A model generated the notes under the pieces. The model had not been told where the DNA came from and searched no databases. It saw nothing but the letters and a program-made list of their open reading frames with translations. A DNA stretch of 64,000 nt from sequence record SRR22947727_820, one strand, 5' to 3'. The position numbers and the translations under genes are program-made. Position 1 is the first letter of the stretch. Each line of letters begins with the position of its first letter. Shown here in pieces: positions 9,667 to 18,952 of the stretch.

Positions 9667-10668
9667 TTACTTTTTGTGGCTATTTCTAAATCCATCAATA
9701 AGTATTTCAGCCGCTTTAGAGATGCTTAAAGTGCCATTGGTGAGTTGTCTTTTTATATCAGGAATTTCATTTTGAACCTTCTTGTCTGCGTAAAAAGAGG
9801 CTTCTAAACGCTGGCAAACAAGTCGGTGCAGTCCTAGAATTTTTTGAGCGGTTCTTTTTAGTTCAAAATCACCATGTTTCTTCTGAAGGCGAATAAAATC
9901 TTCTATGCTTTGCCACACTTCTTTTACACCGCGATTTTCAATGGCAGAAGCCAAAAGAACCGGGGGCTCCCATCCGTTTTTTCTGGGCCTAAAACCATGA
10001 ACAGAAGTCTTGAAATACTGCTGTGCTTTTTTGGCTAACGGGGCTTGCGCCCCGTCTGCCTTGTTAATTAACAAGGCGTCTGCCACCTCCAGTAGTCCTC
10101 TTTTAATACCTTGAATTTCATCTCCAGCTCCGGGCAATTGAAGGAGTAAAAGTGCGTCTACCATTTCATGAACTTCCAATTCATTTTGTCCAACCCCTAC
10201 CGTTTCTACAATGATTACGTCAAAGCCAGCAGCTTCACAGAAAAGGATACTTGAGCGGGTATTTTGTGCCACACCACCCAAAGTACTTGCTGCAGCCGTA
10301 GTTCTTATATATGCACTCTTGTGCGCAGCCAGTTGGTCCATCCTTGTTTTATCTCCCAGGATGCTTCCGCCACTTTGTTGGCTACTGGGATCAATGGTTA
10401 GTACGGCTAGTCTAAGTCCCTTCTCCACAAGATACATACCCAATGCTTCAATTAAAGTGCTTTTACCTACTCCTGGAACCCCAGAAATACCCACTCTTAT
10501 CGTATTTGGATTTTCTTTTGAAAAGGCGACCTCTAATTCCTGGGCCCATTTTTGGTGAATGGGTAATTTGCTTTCTACCAAGCTAATAGCCTTGCTCAAA
10601 GCGGGTATTTCACCATTAACAATCCCTTTGATCAATTTGGGTACCGATATTGATAGGTTATTTTTCAT
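9667..10668 (-). CDS. meaB: Methylmalonyl-CoA mutase-associated GTPase MeaB
   Basis: GISGVPGVGKST, IDPSS..GGSILGDKTRM, ETVGVGQ, NKADG. Confidence 0.92.
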   Translation of the reverse strand: MKNNLSISVPKLIKGIVNGEIPALSKAISLVESKLPIHQKWAQELEVAFSKENPNTIRVGISGVPGVGKSTLIEALGMYLVEKGLRLAVLTIDPSSQQSGGSILGDKTRMDQLAAHKSAYIRTTAAASTLGGVAQNTRSSILFCEAAGFDVIIVETVGVGQNELEVHEMVDALLLLQLPGAGDEIQGIKRGLLEVADALLINKADGAQAPLAKKAQQYFKTSVHGFRPRKNGWEPPVLLASAIENRGVKEVWQSIEDFIRLQKKHGDFELKRTAQKILGLHRLVCQRLEASFYADKKVQNEIPDIKRQLTNGTLSISKAAEILIDGFRNSHKK

Positions 10669-10714
10669 GGTTTTTGTGTGTGAGCGCCCTTAATATTCGA
10701 TAATAATTAGGGAA

Positions 10715-11677
10715 TTACTCGGCTGTTTTTTCAAATTTGTATCGGGTCTCTTGTTGGTAAGGCCTGTCTTTATCTACGACTATGGTCTTAAAATTTTCAT
10801 GGCTTGGTGCATCTGGGTATCCCTGGGTTTCAAAACAAATTCCTTTAAATTCTTGGGGTGTAAAGCATACTAGGATGTCTTGGTCTGTATAAACATCCAT
10901 ACGTAACTTGCTTTTTTCAGAGTACACACTAGCTGCTCTTTGTCCTAATTTACTTGTATGGTTCAATACAAATGGCGTGTCTAGTTCTATTTGATTTATT
11001 TTTTTTGGTGGGCTAAAATGATAGGCATCATTTTTTAATGAAAGCAGCTTTCCAGTTGGTAATAATTGGTGGTCTGTTTGTATCCTATGGAATGCATTAA
11101 TTTCTAAAAGGTAATCTGAAACATCCTGGGCTTGGTCTAAAATAAAATAACTGTGATTGCTTAAGTTAAACACCTGAGGGACAGTAGAAGTGCTGTTATA
11201 GCTTATTTTTAATTCATTATTTATGAGGCTATAGGTCAGTAATGTTTTAATGGTCCCTGATTTTAAAGCCTTATGATTACTAACTCTTTCTTGCTGTACT
11301 TGTTGGCAATAAGAAAGACAAATAAAAGGGGCTGCTCCTGAGCCTATTTTTTCTAATTGCCAAAACTGTTTGGAATAGGCTTGCTTCCCTCCATGCAATT
11401 CAATGTTTTCAGTATTTCCTGGAAAGTCTACAGTATTTGAAGGGCTGTTTTTTCTTTTAATTCTCCCTGCAAATGGTCCTAGGCAAGCCCCAAGAAACCA
11501 AGGGTCCTCTAAATATAATAATACCTCAGGATGTCCTGCGACCAATTCTTGTGATTCTTCGTGTTCAAGCTTTAGTTTTAAACTTTTAATAATAGCACCA
11601 TAATTCAATACTTCCATTTTTAGAAATTCATTTTCTAAAGTAAATACCTCTATTAAAGCTGCTTTGTGAACACTCAT
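10715..11677 (-). CDS. galM: Aldose 1-epimerase (galactose mutarotase) family
   Basis: GPFAGRI, LHGG, NLSNHSYF, CFETQGYPDA. Confidence 0.82.
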   Translation of the reverse strand: MSVHKAALIEVFTLENEFLKMEVLNYGAIIKSLKLKLEHEESQELVAGHPEVLLYLEDPWFLGACLGPFAGRIKRKNSPSNTVDFPGNTENIELHGGKQAYSKQFWQLEKIGSGAAPFICLSYCQQVQQERVSNHKALKSGTIKTLLTYSLINNELKISYNSTSTVPQVFNLSNHSYFILDQAQDVSDYLLEINAFHRIQTDHQLLPTGKLLSLKNDAYHFSPPKKINQIELDTPFVLNHTSKLGQRAASVYSEKSKLRMDVYTDQDILVCFTPQEFKGICFETQGYPDAPSHENFKTIVVDKDRPYQQETRYKFEKTAE

Positions 11678-12313
11678 TTAATGAGAGGCTTTTAATAGTT
11701 TTGGAAATTTAGCTTTGAATTTTAATAACCTGGGCACAGACACCGCCCTTACATATGGATTGTTTGGGTTTCTAGCTTCAAAATCTTGGTGGTAATCTTC
11801 TGCCTCATAAAATATTGTGAAAGGCATTATTTGTGTCACTATTGGGTTATTAAAAGCCTTCTCGGTGTTTAATACATCTATATGCGTTGTAATAACTGCT
11901 TTTTCAGCACTTGTTTTGTAAAAAGCAATTGACCTATATTGAGGACCTCTGTCTGGTCCTTGTCTGTTGCGGGTAGTGGGATCGTGGGACCCAAAAAATA
12001 CTTTAACTAAAGTTTCATAGGAAACTTGCTTTGGGTTGTAAGGTACCATGACAGCCTCTGCATGTGTGGTTCTGCCTCCTGCAACTTGATTGTAGGTAGG
12101 ATTTTTTTCTGTTCCCCCAGCATAGCCTGAAACCACATCTCCAACCCCTGTTACAGATTCAAAAATAGCCTCTACACACCAAAAGCAACCACTGGCAAAA
12201 TAGGCGGTTTCAGTATATGAATTTTGAGGGGCTTTTTCAGATGGTTGTATTACTAAAGCAAGTGCTAAAGTACACCACAGAAAAGCATTTGTCATAAATG
12301 TTTTAGAAATCAT
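11678..12313 (-). CDS. msrA: Peptide-methionine (S)-S-oxide reductase, probably exported
   Basis: GCFWC, HDPT..NRQGPDRGPQYRS, AEDYHQ; hydrophobic N-terminus. Confidence 0.95.
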   Translation of the reverse strand: MISKTFMTNAFLWCTLALALVIQPSEKAPQNSYTETAYFASGCFWCVEAIFESVTGVGDVVSGYAGGTEKNPTYNQVAGGRTTHAEAVMVPYNPKQVSYETLVKVFFGSHDPTTRNRQGPDRGPQYRSIAFYKTSAEKAVITTHIDVLNTEKAFNNPIVTQIMPFTIFYEAEDYHQDFEARNPNNPYVRAVSVPRLLKFKAKFPKLLKASH

Positions 12314-12356
12314 AGTCTCTTTTTTTTGTATAACAAGTTACAAAAAAAAGAGACTA
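12313..12356. promoter_or_regulatory. Perfect 18-bp inverted repeat overlapping the msrA start
   Basis: TAGTCTCTTTTTTTTGTA-taacaagt-TACAAAAAAAAGAGACTA; function uncertain. Confidence 0.6.
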
Positions 12357-12468
12357 CCAAAGGGTTTTAAAGATCGGTTCAAACACAGCAGTCGTCATGT
12401 AAAATAGTCTTACAAACCACACAAGCCACTTGCCAGCAAACAAATGAAATAAAAAGTGTAGAAGGTTC

Positions 12469-14031
12469 CTATTGTTTTACCCCAGGCTGGGTAATCTTAA
12501 AGCCTTCTTTTTCTTTAGCAGCGTCTACCATGTCTTTAACTTCTTTCAATAGGGCTTTTGCGTCGTAAATAATTCCGTCTTTAACCGTGTAATTTACCCC
12601 GCCTTTTCTAACCACTTGATTGTCTTCAGTCAAAGAAACTGCGCCTGTTCCATAAAGGACTTTTAGGTTTTGAAGGGGGTTTTGATCTACGATCACAAAA
12701 TCTGCCAATTTACCCACTTCTACAGTACCTAACTGGTCTTCCATTCCTAGTGCTTCTGCGCCGTTTAAAGTAGCAGATCTGATAATTTCTAGCGGGTGAA
12801 ATCCTGCCTCTCTGAGAAGCTCTAATTCCCTTACGTAGGCAAAACCATAGAGCTGATAAATAAATCCTGAATCTGAACCTGTAGTAACCCTTCCGCCTCG
12901 GTTTTTATATTCATTGATGAAAGTCATCCAAAGTTTGTAATTTCTTTTCCAAGCCACCTCTTGTTCGGTACCCCAATTGTGCCAGTAGGAGCCATGCGAT
13001 ATTTTACTTGGTTCATAAAATTTCCACAAGGATGGCAGGGTGTAATCTTCATGCCATTCTGCCCTTCTAGCCCTTTGAAGGTCTCTATTGGCCTCATAAA
13101 TATTAAAGGTGGGGTCCATGGTAAAATCCAATGCGATGAGTTCATTCATTACATTATTCCAATGGTCGGAGTAGGGGGCAGCTGCCTGTTCCCAGAGTTG
13201 TCCAGCACCCTCAAAGCGGTGTTGTTCGTTTTGATAGTTGTAATCTAATGCATAGTTTTGGACTGTTCTGTCTGAGAACAATGCCTCCGGCAAACCATAC
13301 CAATGTTCCATACTAGTCAGTCCGGCTCTAGCGGAGTGTAATACATTCCATCGCGCCACATCCATTTGTGAATGGTGGCATGCAGAACCTAATCCTAGCT
13401 TTTTGTTTTCTTCTAATGCGGCTTGCATAATAGCTGGAGCAGCACCAAAAAATTTAATTCCGTCTGCGCCTTGTTTTGCATTATCCCTCACCCATTCTCT
13501 AGCCTCCTCTGGTGTGTTAATGTCTTTTTTACTTCCAGACCCAAAGCCCGTATAAGCGAAAAGTCTCGGAGCTACTATGCTGTTTTTTTCTGATTTTCTT
13601 TTTAGGTCTAGGGTAAATTCTAGTCCTCTTCCAGAGGGTTCTCTCACTGTTGTTACCCCATGGGCCATCCAGAGTCTAAACACATATTCTGGTTCTGCTC
13701 CTTGTGCGCGGCCCCCAATATGTCCATGCATGTCTATAAAACCAGGCATTAAATACATGCCCGATGCATCTAACTCTTTTCCTCCTGCTTTTAGCGTAGG
13801 CCTACTCTTTTCTGTAATAGCCACACCAGGATACCCCACTACCGCTATTTGAGTAATTTTATTTCCTTCTACTACAATATCTATTGGTCCTCTTGGAGGT
13901 GCTCCATTTCCATTGATTAGGGTAACCCCTCTAATAATTAGTTGGCTGTGTGGACCGTCTCCTTCTGCAGATTGTCCAAAACCAATGCTGATAGTTAGTA
14001 AAGCAATTAATAAGTGTAGTGGCTTCTTCAT
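12469..14031 (-). CDS. Secreted metal-dependent amidohydrolase
   Basis: Signal peptide; MPGFIDMHGH, GSDSG, GTVEVGKLADFV. Confidence 0.88.
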   Translation of the reverse strand: MKKPLHLLIALLTISIGFGQSAEGDGPHSQLIIRGVTLINGNGAPPRGPIDIVVEGNKITQIAVVGYPGVAITEKSRPTLKAGGKELDASGMYLMPGFIDMHGHIGGRAQGAEPEYVFRLWMAHGVTTVREPSGRGLEFTLDLKRKSEKNSIVAPRLFAYTGFGSGSKKDINTPEEAREWVRDNAKQGADGIKFFGAAPAIMQAALEENKKLGLGSACHHSQMDVARWNVLHSARAGLTSMEHWYGLPEALFSDRTVQNYALDYNYQNEQHRFEGAGQLWEQAAAPYSDHWNNVMNELIALDFTMDPTFNIYEANRDLQRARRAEWHEDYTLPSLWKFYEPSKISHGSYWHNWGTEQEVAWKRNYKLWMTFINEYKNRGGRVTTGSDSGFIYQLYGFAYVRELELLREAGFHPLEIIRSATLNGAEALGMEDQLGTVEVGKLADFVIVDQNPLQNLKVLYGTGAVSLTEDNQVVRKGGVNYTVKDGIIYDAKALLKEVKDMVDAAKEKEGFKITQPGVKQ

Positions 14032-14076
14032 TGGGTGGTTTTTGTGGTTAGTGATTTTCGATTGGGTCCAGGGTCA

Positions 14077-17000
14077 CTATTTTGTGATGATCCAGCTGCC
14101 TTCTTTTAAAAGTGATTCAGCTTGTTTGTATTTTAATGTTTTTTGTTCTCCACTCATTACATTCTGAATGGTTACTTTATCATTTCTTCCAATTTTAGCT
14201 TCTGTTCTAACAATGGTTTCTGTCACTGATGGTCTACCTGCTTGGTTTTGACTTATCGCCCTACTTTTAGCAGCCATTTCATCTACATTAGGAATTTCTT
14301 CTTTGGTTGTTTGAAGGTTTTCTTTGGCCCTGCGTTGCTGCCTGGCTTCTTGAATTTGATTCGGATTCTCAGTGGGAAGTTCTCCTTTGAATAAGAAAGA
14401 AACAATGTCTTTATTGACCCTTTCTAACATACCCTTGAACAGTTCAAAAGCTTCAAACTTATAAATTAATAAAGGATCTTTTTGTTCGTGAACAGCCAAC
14501 TGCACAGACTGTTTAAGCTCATCCATTTTTCTCAAATGTGTTTTCCAAGCCTCGTCTACCATGGCTAGAGTAATGTTTTTCTCAAAGTCAGTGATGAGTT
14601 GCTTTCCTTCACTCTCATAGGCTTTGGTGAGGTCTGTTACCACGTTTAAGGTTTTAATTCCATCTGTAAAAGGCACTACAATACGCTCAAACTTATTGGA
14701 TTGGTCTTCGTATACATTCTTAATTACCCCAAAGGCGGTTTGGCTGCTGCGGGCCATTTTATTTTGATAATGAACTAGTACAGATTTGTATGTTTTTCTA
14801 GTAAGGCTGTTAGGCGCTTCTTTTAAGAATTCTTCCTCTGAGAATGGTGCTGTCATTCCAAAGTATTTGATCAGTTCAAATTCAAAGTTTTTAAAATCAC
14901 TGGCCGCTTTATTGTCTCCTGTAATGATTTCACAAGTATCAAATATCATGTTGGCAATGTCTAATTTAAGACGTTCGCCTTGTAAAGCGTGCCTCCTTCT
15001 CTTATAGACCACTTCTCTTTGTGCGTTCATGACGTCGTCGTATTCTAAAAGACGTTTACGAACCCCAAAATTATTTTCTTCTACTTTTTTCTGAGCCCGC
15101 TCTATGGATTTTGTCATCATAGAATGTTGAATCACTTCTCCCTCTTCTAAGCCCATTCTATCCATGAGTTTGGCTACCCTGTCTGATCCAAAGAGTCGCA
15201 TTAGATTGTCTTCTAATGAGACATAAAATTGAGAGCTACCTGGATCTCCTTGTCTTCCAGACCTTCCCCTTAGCTGTCTGTCTACCCTTCTAGAATCATG
15301 TCTTTCAGTTCCAATAATGGCAAGTCCACCGGCGGCTTTAATTTCTTCTGAAAGTTTAATGTCTGTTCCCCTTCCAGCCATGTTGGTTGCAATTGTAACC
15401 ACGCCTGCATTTCCAGCTTCTGCAACAATATCTGCTTCTTTTTTATGCAACTTGGCATTCAATACATTATGGGGTACTTTTCTGATGCCAAGCATTTTGG
15501 AAAGTAATTCAGAAATTTCTACGGAGGTAGTACCAATTAGTGTGGGTCTCCCTGCTGCAGATAGTTTGGTGACTTCTTCTATAATGGCATTGTATTTTTC
15601 TCTTTTGGTTTTGTAAATCAGGTCATCTTTATCTGCCCTAGAAATAGGTCTATTGGTGGGGATCTCCATGACATCTAATTTGTAAATTTCCCAAAACTCC
15701 CCAGCTTCAGTAATAGCGGTACCTGTCATACCAGCTAACTTCTTGTACATTCTAAAGTAATTCTGTAAGGTAACGGTGGCAAAAGTTTGTGTAAGGGCCT
15801 CGATTTTTACATTTTCTTTGGCTTCAATGGCTTGGTGTAGGCCATCTGAATACCTTCTACCATCCATAATCCTTCCTGTTTGTTCGTCTACAATCATGAC
15901 TTTATTGTCCATGACTACATACTCCACATCTTTTTCAAATAAAGTATAGGCTTTTAACAGTTGGTTTAAGGTATGAATGCGCTCACTTTTAATAGAAAAG
16001 TCTTTAAATAATTGGTCCTTTTCGGTGGCTTCTTCTTCTAATTCAAGCCCTTTGTTTTCAATCTCAGCAATGGCTGAACCAATATCTGGTAAAACAAAAA
16101 ATTCTTTGTCTTCTTCTGTAGAAAGGTATGAAACCCCTTTTTCAGTAAGGTCTATTTGATTGGTTTTTTCTTCAATTACAAACCACAATTCAGCGTCTAC
16201 CTCTGGCATTTGCTTGTTGTTGTCTTGCATGTAGAAGTTCTCTGTTTTTTGTAACAGTTGTTTTACGCCTTCCTCACTTAAAAATTTAATGAGGGCTTTA
16301 TTTTTTGGTAACCCTCTGTGGACCCTGAGTAAAAGGAACCCTCCTTCTTTTTCGTTCCCAGCTGCGATTAGCTTTTTAACCTCTGACAAGATACCAGTGA
16401 GGTACTGTCTTTGCATGTTTACCAATTCGTTTACCCTTGGCTTTAACTCTGTGAATTCGTGTCTGTCACCTTCTGGAACAGGACCTGAAATGATGAGTGG
16501 TGTTCGGGCATCGTCCACAAGGACGGAATCTACTTCATCTACAATGGCAAAGTTTGGCGCTCTTTGTACTAAATCGGTTGGACTGTGCGCCATATTGTCA
16601 CGTAGGTAGTCAAATCCGAATTCATTATTGGTGCCATAGGTAATGTCTGCTTCATATGCAGCCCTTCTCCCCGGAGAATTTGGTTGGTGGTGGTCAATAC
16701 AGTCTATGGTCATTCCGTGGAATTCGAACAAAGGAGCCATCCATGCACTATCCCTTTTAGCCAAATAATCGTTCACGGTCACTAAGTGTACCCCATTTCC
16801 TGTAAGCGCATTTAAATAAACCGGTAGGGTGGCCACTAAGGTTTTCCCTTCTCCTGTTTGCATCTCTGCAATTTTCCCCTGGTGTAGCGCTATTCCTCCA
16901 ATAAGCTGAACAGTATAATGGATCATATCCCATTTTACTTTTTTACCTGCTGCGTCCCAGCTTGTACTCCAAATTGCAGTGTCATCTTGTATGTTTACGT

Positions 17001-17436
17001 AGTCTTTGGTGGCGGCAGCTTTTCTGTCTGACGCAGAAGCTGTTACGGCTATTTCTTCTGACTGAGTAAATCTTTTTGCAGTTTCTTTGACTAGGGCGAA
17101 TGCTTCAGGTAAAATATCTTCTAATACTTTTTCAGTAATGCTGTACTGTGCTTCTTTCAGCTGGTCAATTTTGTTGTAAGTATCTTCGTTTTTGTCAATA
17201 TCAGTCTCGTTTAAGGCCGCTAATTTTAAGGATTCAATTTCACTCTCGGTGCTTGCTGTTGACTCCTTTAGTAATTTTTTAAAGCCATGGGTCTTCTCTC
17301 TCAATGCGTCGTGAGATAGGCTTTCCATTTCTTTTTCAAAGGCATTAATTTTATCTATCAGGGGTTGTAGGGCTTTGACATCTTTCTTTGCTTTGTCTCC
17401 TACAAATACTTTAAGTACGTTGTTTATAAAACTCAT
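14077..17436 (-). CDS. secA: Preprotein translocase ATPase SecA
   Basis: MQTGEGKTL, TVNDYLAKRD, DEVDSVLVDDARTPLIISG, TNMAGRGTDI. Confidence 0.99.
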   Translation of the reverse strand: MSFINNVLKVFVGDKAKKDVKALQPLIDKINAFEKEMESLSHDALREKTHGFKKLLKESTASTESEIESLKLAALNETDIDKNEDTYNKIDQLKEAQYSITEKVLEDILPEAFALVKETAKRFTQSEEIAVTASASDRKAAATKDYVNIQDDTAIWSTSWDAAGKKVKWDMIHYTVQLIGGIALHQGKIAEMQTGEGKTLVATLPVYLNALTGNGVHLVTVNDYLAKRDSAWMAPLFEFHGMTIDCIDHHQPNSPGRRAAYEADITYGTNNEFGFDYLRDNMAHSPTDLVQRAPNFAIVDEVDSVLVDDARTPLIISGPVPEGDRHEFTELKPRVNELVNMQRQYLTGILSEVKKLIAAGNEKEGGFLLLRVHRGLPKNKALIKFLSEEGVKQLLQKTENFYMQDNNKQMPEVDAELWFVIEEKTNQIDLTEKGVSYLSTEEDKEFFVLPDIGSAIAEIENKGLELEEEATEKDQLFKDFSIKSERIHTLNQLLKAYTLFEKDVEYVVMDNKVMIVDEQTGRIMDGRRYSDGLHQAIEAKENVKIEALTQTFATVTLQNYFRMYKKLAGMTGTAITEAGEFWEIYKLDVMEIPTNRPISRADKDDLIYKTKREKYNAIIEEVTKLSAAGRPTLIGTTSVEISELLSKMLGIRKVPHNVLNAKLHKKEADIVAEAGNAGVVTIATNMAGRGTDIKLSEEIKAAGGLAIIGTERHDSRRVDRQLRGRSGRQGDPGSSQFYVSLEDNLMRLFGSDRVAKLMDRMGLEEGEVIQHSMMTKSIERAQKKVEENNFGVRKRLLEYDDVMNAQREVVYKRRRHALQGERLKLDIANMIFDTCEIITGDNKAASDFKNFEFELIKYFGMTAPFSEEEFLKEAPNSLTRKTYKSVLVHYQNKMARSSQTAFGVIKNVYEDQSNKFERIVVPFTDGIKTLNVVTDLTKAYESEGKQLITDFEKNITLAMVDEAWKTHLRKMDELKQSVQLAVHEQKDPLLIYKFEAFELFKGMLERVNKDIVSFLFKGELPTENPNQIQEARQQRRAKENLQTTKEEIPNVDEMAAKSRAISQNQAGRPSVTETIVRTEAKIGRNDKVTIQNVMSGEQKTLKYKQAESLLKEGSWIITK

Positions 17437-17498
17437 ATGATCAGTTCTCTGCGTGTGTTACGCGAATTGGTAAAGGTGTGTTTTTTGGCAAATAAATT

Positions 17499-17513
17499 AC
17501 AAATTTCATGCCG
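17499..17513 (-). promoter_or_regulatory. Putative sigma54-type -24/-12 box upstream of secA
   Basis: Minus strand CGGCAT-GAAAT-TTGT. Confidence 0.45.
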
Positions 17514-17559
17514 TGGTCTTTGTTGTCATGTTATATGACATATCCTTTCAAAAATAAGC

Positions 17560-17588
17560 AAAAAAAAAGCCTCCAAGGAGACTTTTTT
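17560..17588 (-). terminator. Intrinsic terminator after the DUF2795 gene
   Basis: Minus strand AAAAAAGTCTCC-TT-GGAGGCTTTTTTTTT. Confidence 0.75.
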
Positions 17589-17621
17589 CGGGAAATCTAA
17601 GTCAAATAGATTTCTATACTT

Positions 17622-17846
17622 TTAATATTCATCCTCATTCCAGAGGTAGTCTTCATCTGTTGGATAATCTGGCCATATTTCTTCAATAGACTCGTAAATT
17701 TCTCCACCTTCTTCTTCTATTGATTGTAAATTTTCAACGACTTCTAAAGGGGCTCCTGTTCTAATAGCGTAATCTATTAATTCGTCTTTTGAAGCTGGCC
17801 AAGGGGCATCACTCAAATATGAAGCTAATTCTAATGTCCAATACAT
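17622..17846 (-). CDS. DUF2795 domain protein
   Basis: MYWTLELASYLSDAPWPA.KDELIDYAIRTGAPLEVVENL, the small conserved Bacteroidota family. Confidence 0.9.
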   Translation of the reverse strand: MYWTLELASYLSDAPWPASKDELIDYAIRTGAPLEVVENLQSIEEEGGEIYESIEEIWPDYPTDEDYLWNEDEY

Positions 17847-17937
17847 GGGGTTCTGTTTTAGATTTTTGCAAAAGTAATTTTTAAACTAGAATACACAAGT
17901 TATTTTAAGTTTAAATTTTAAATTATAAGAAAAAATA

Positions 17938-18480
17938 CTAGGATGGCATCCATTTCACCTCTTCAACACCGCCATTTTTGGCAGCATACCTGCTGAGTAT
18001 AAAAAAGTAATCTGAAAGTCTATTGATGTATTCGAGTACAGTAATATCAATAGGTTGCTCCATATGAAGCGATACAAGAAGTCTTTCTGCCCTTCTACTT
18101 ACAGTTCTGGCTAAATGGCAGTAGGAGACATAAGTACTCCCTCCTGGAAGTATAAAGTTTGTTAATGGGTCCAAAGAGAGTTCCATTTGATCAATGGCAA
18201 ACTCTAAGTCATCTGTGTTCTTTGTGGGAATGGCTTTGGGTTTTTCTCCTTCTTTTGTTGGATTCGCTAGGATGGCACCAATTTCAAATAAATGTTTTTG
18301 TATTTCGAGTAATAGGGGTTTTTGTGAAGCCACTACAGCACCTTCTCTGAGTAAACCTATCCAAGCATTCAATTCGTCTAAAGAACCGTATGAATCTAAA
18401 TGAAGGTCATTTTTAAGTACTCTTTTTCCATTGAATAAGCTTGTCATTCCCCTGTCACCTGTTTTGGTGTAAATTTTCAT
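17938..18480 (-). CDS. ATP:cob(I)alamin adenosyltransferase, PduO type
   Basis: MKIYTKTGD.G.T, GSLDELNA, FILPGG, RRAER, NRLSDYFF. Confidence 0.95.
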   Translation of the reverse strand: MKIYTKTGDRGMTSLFNGKRVLKNDLHLDSYGSLDELNAWIGLLREGAVVASQKPLLLEIQKHLFEIGAILANPTKEGEKPKAIPTKNTDDLEFAIDQMELSLDPLTNFILPGGSTYVSYCHLARTVSRRAERLLVSLHMEQPIDITVLEYINRLSDYFFILSRYAAKNGGVEEVKWMPS

Positions 18481-18526
18481 AGCGCTTAACAGTTTTGGGT
18501 TTGAATATTAATTGTTTAAATATGAA

Positions 18527-18952
18527 TTATCTCCATGAATTCTTAAACAAAATGAAATGTTCTTTTTCTTGATCTTTTTTTGTAAAAATAAGTCCAAAAC
18601 TCCAGTAATCAATACTTATTTGAATGTTTTTATCTGAAATTAGTTTTTGCCACAGCTCTTTTTGTTTAAAATCGGCATTAATTTCCTCAACAAAATAAGC
18701 TGTAACTCCCCTATTTGTTAGGGAAGTTTCTAAGATTGTTAACTCAGTTAATGGACTGATTAACGGAATATTTTTTTTCTCTAAATAAGCTTTAATGGCT
18801 TGGTTATAAGCGCTTGTTTTTGAGCCTTTTGGTACTTTATGGATGCATTTTGTCAATAATTCAAAAACAAAGGGGGAATGAACGCTGTGTTGGTCACTAG
18901 ACCTCCAGAGGTATTTTAAGTAAGCTATATATGCCCCAATTTTATTTTTCAC
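18527..18952 (-). CDS. Shortened homolog of Bacteroidota O-methyltransferase-like proteins, SAM core apparently absent
   Basis: N-terminal HSVHSPFVFELLTKC and C-terminal SIDYWSFGLIF...QEKEHF in only 141 aa. Confidence 0.6.
   Translation of the reverse strand: MKNKIGAYIAYLKYLWRSSDQHSVHSPFVFELLTKCIHKVPKGSKTSAYNQAIKAYLEKKNIPLISPLTELTILETSLTNRGVTAYFVEEINADFKQKELWQKLISDKNIQISIDYWSFGLIFTKKDQEKEHFILFKNSWR

Noticed and set aside
10669..18526. Cobalamin riboswitch upstream of meaB or the adenosyltransferase
   Set aside because: Both upstream gaps are under 50 bp and show no B12-box.
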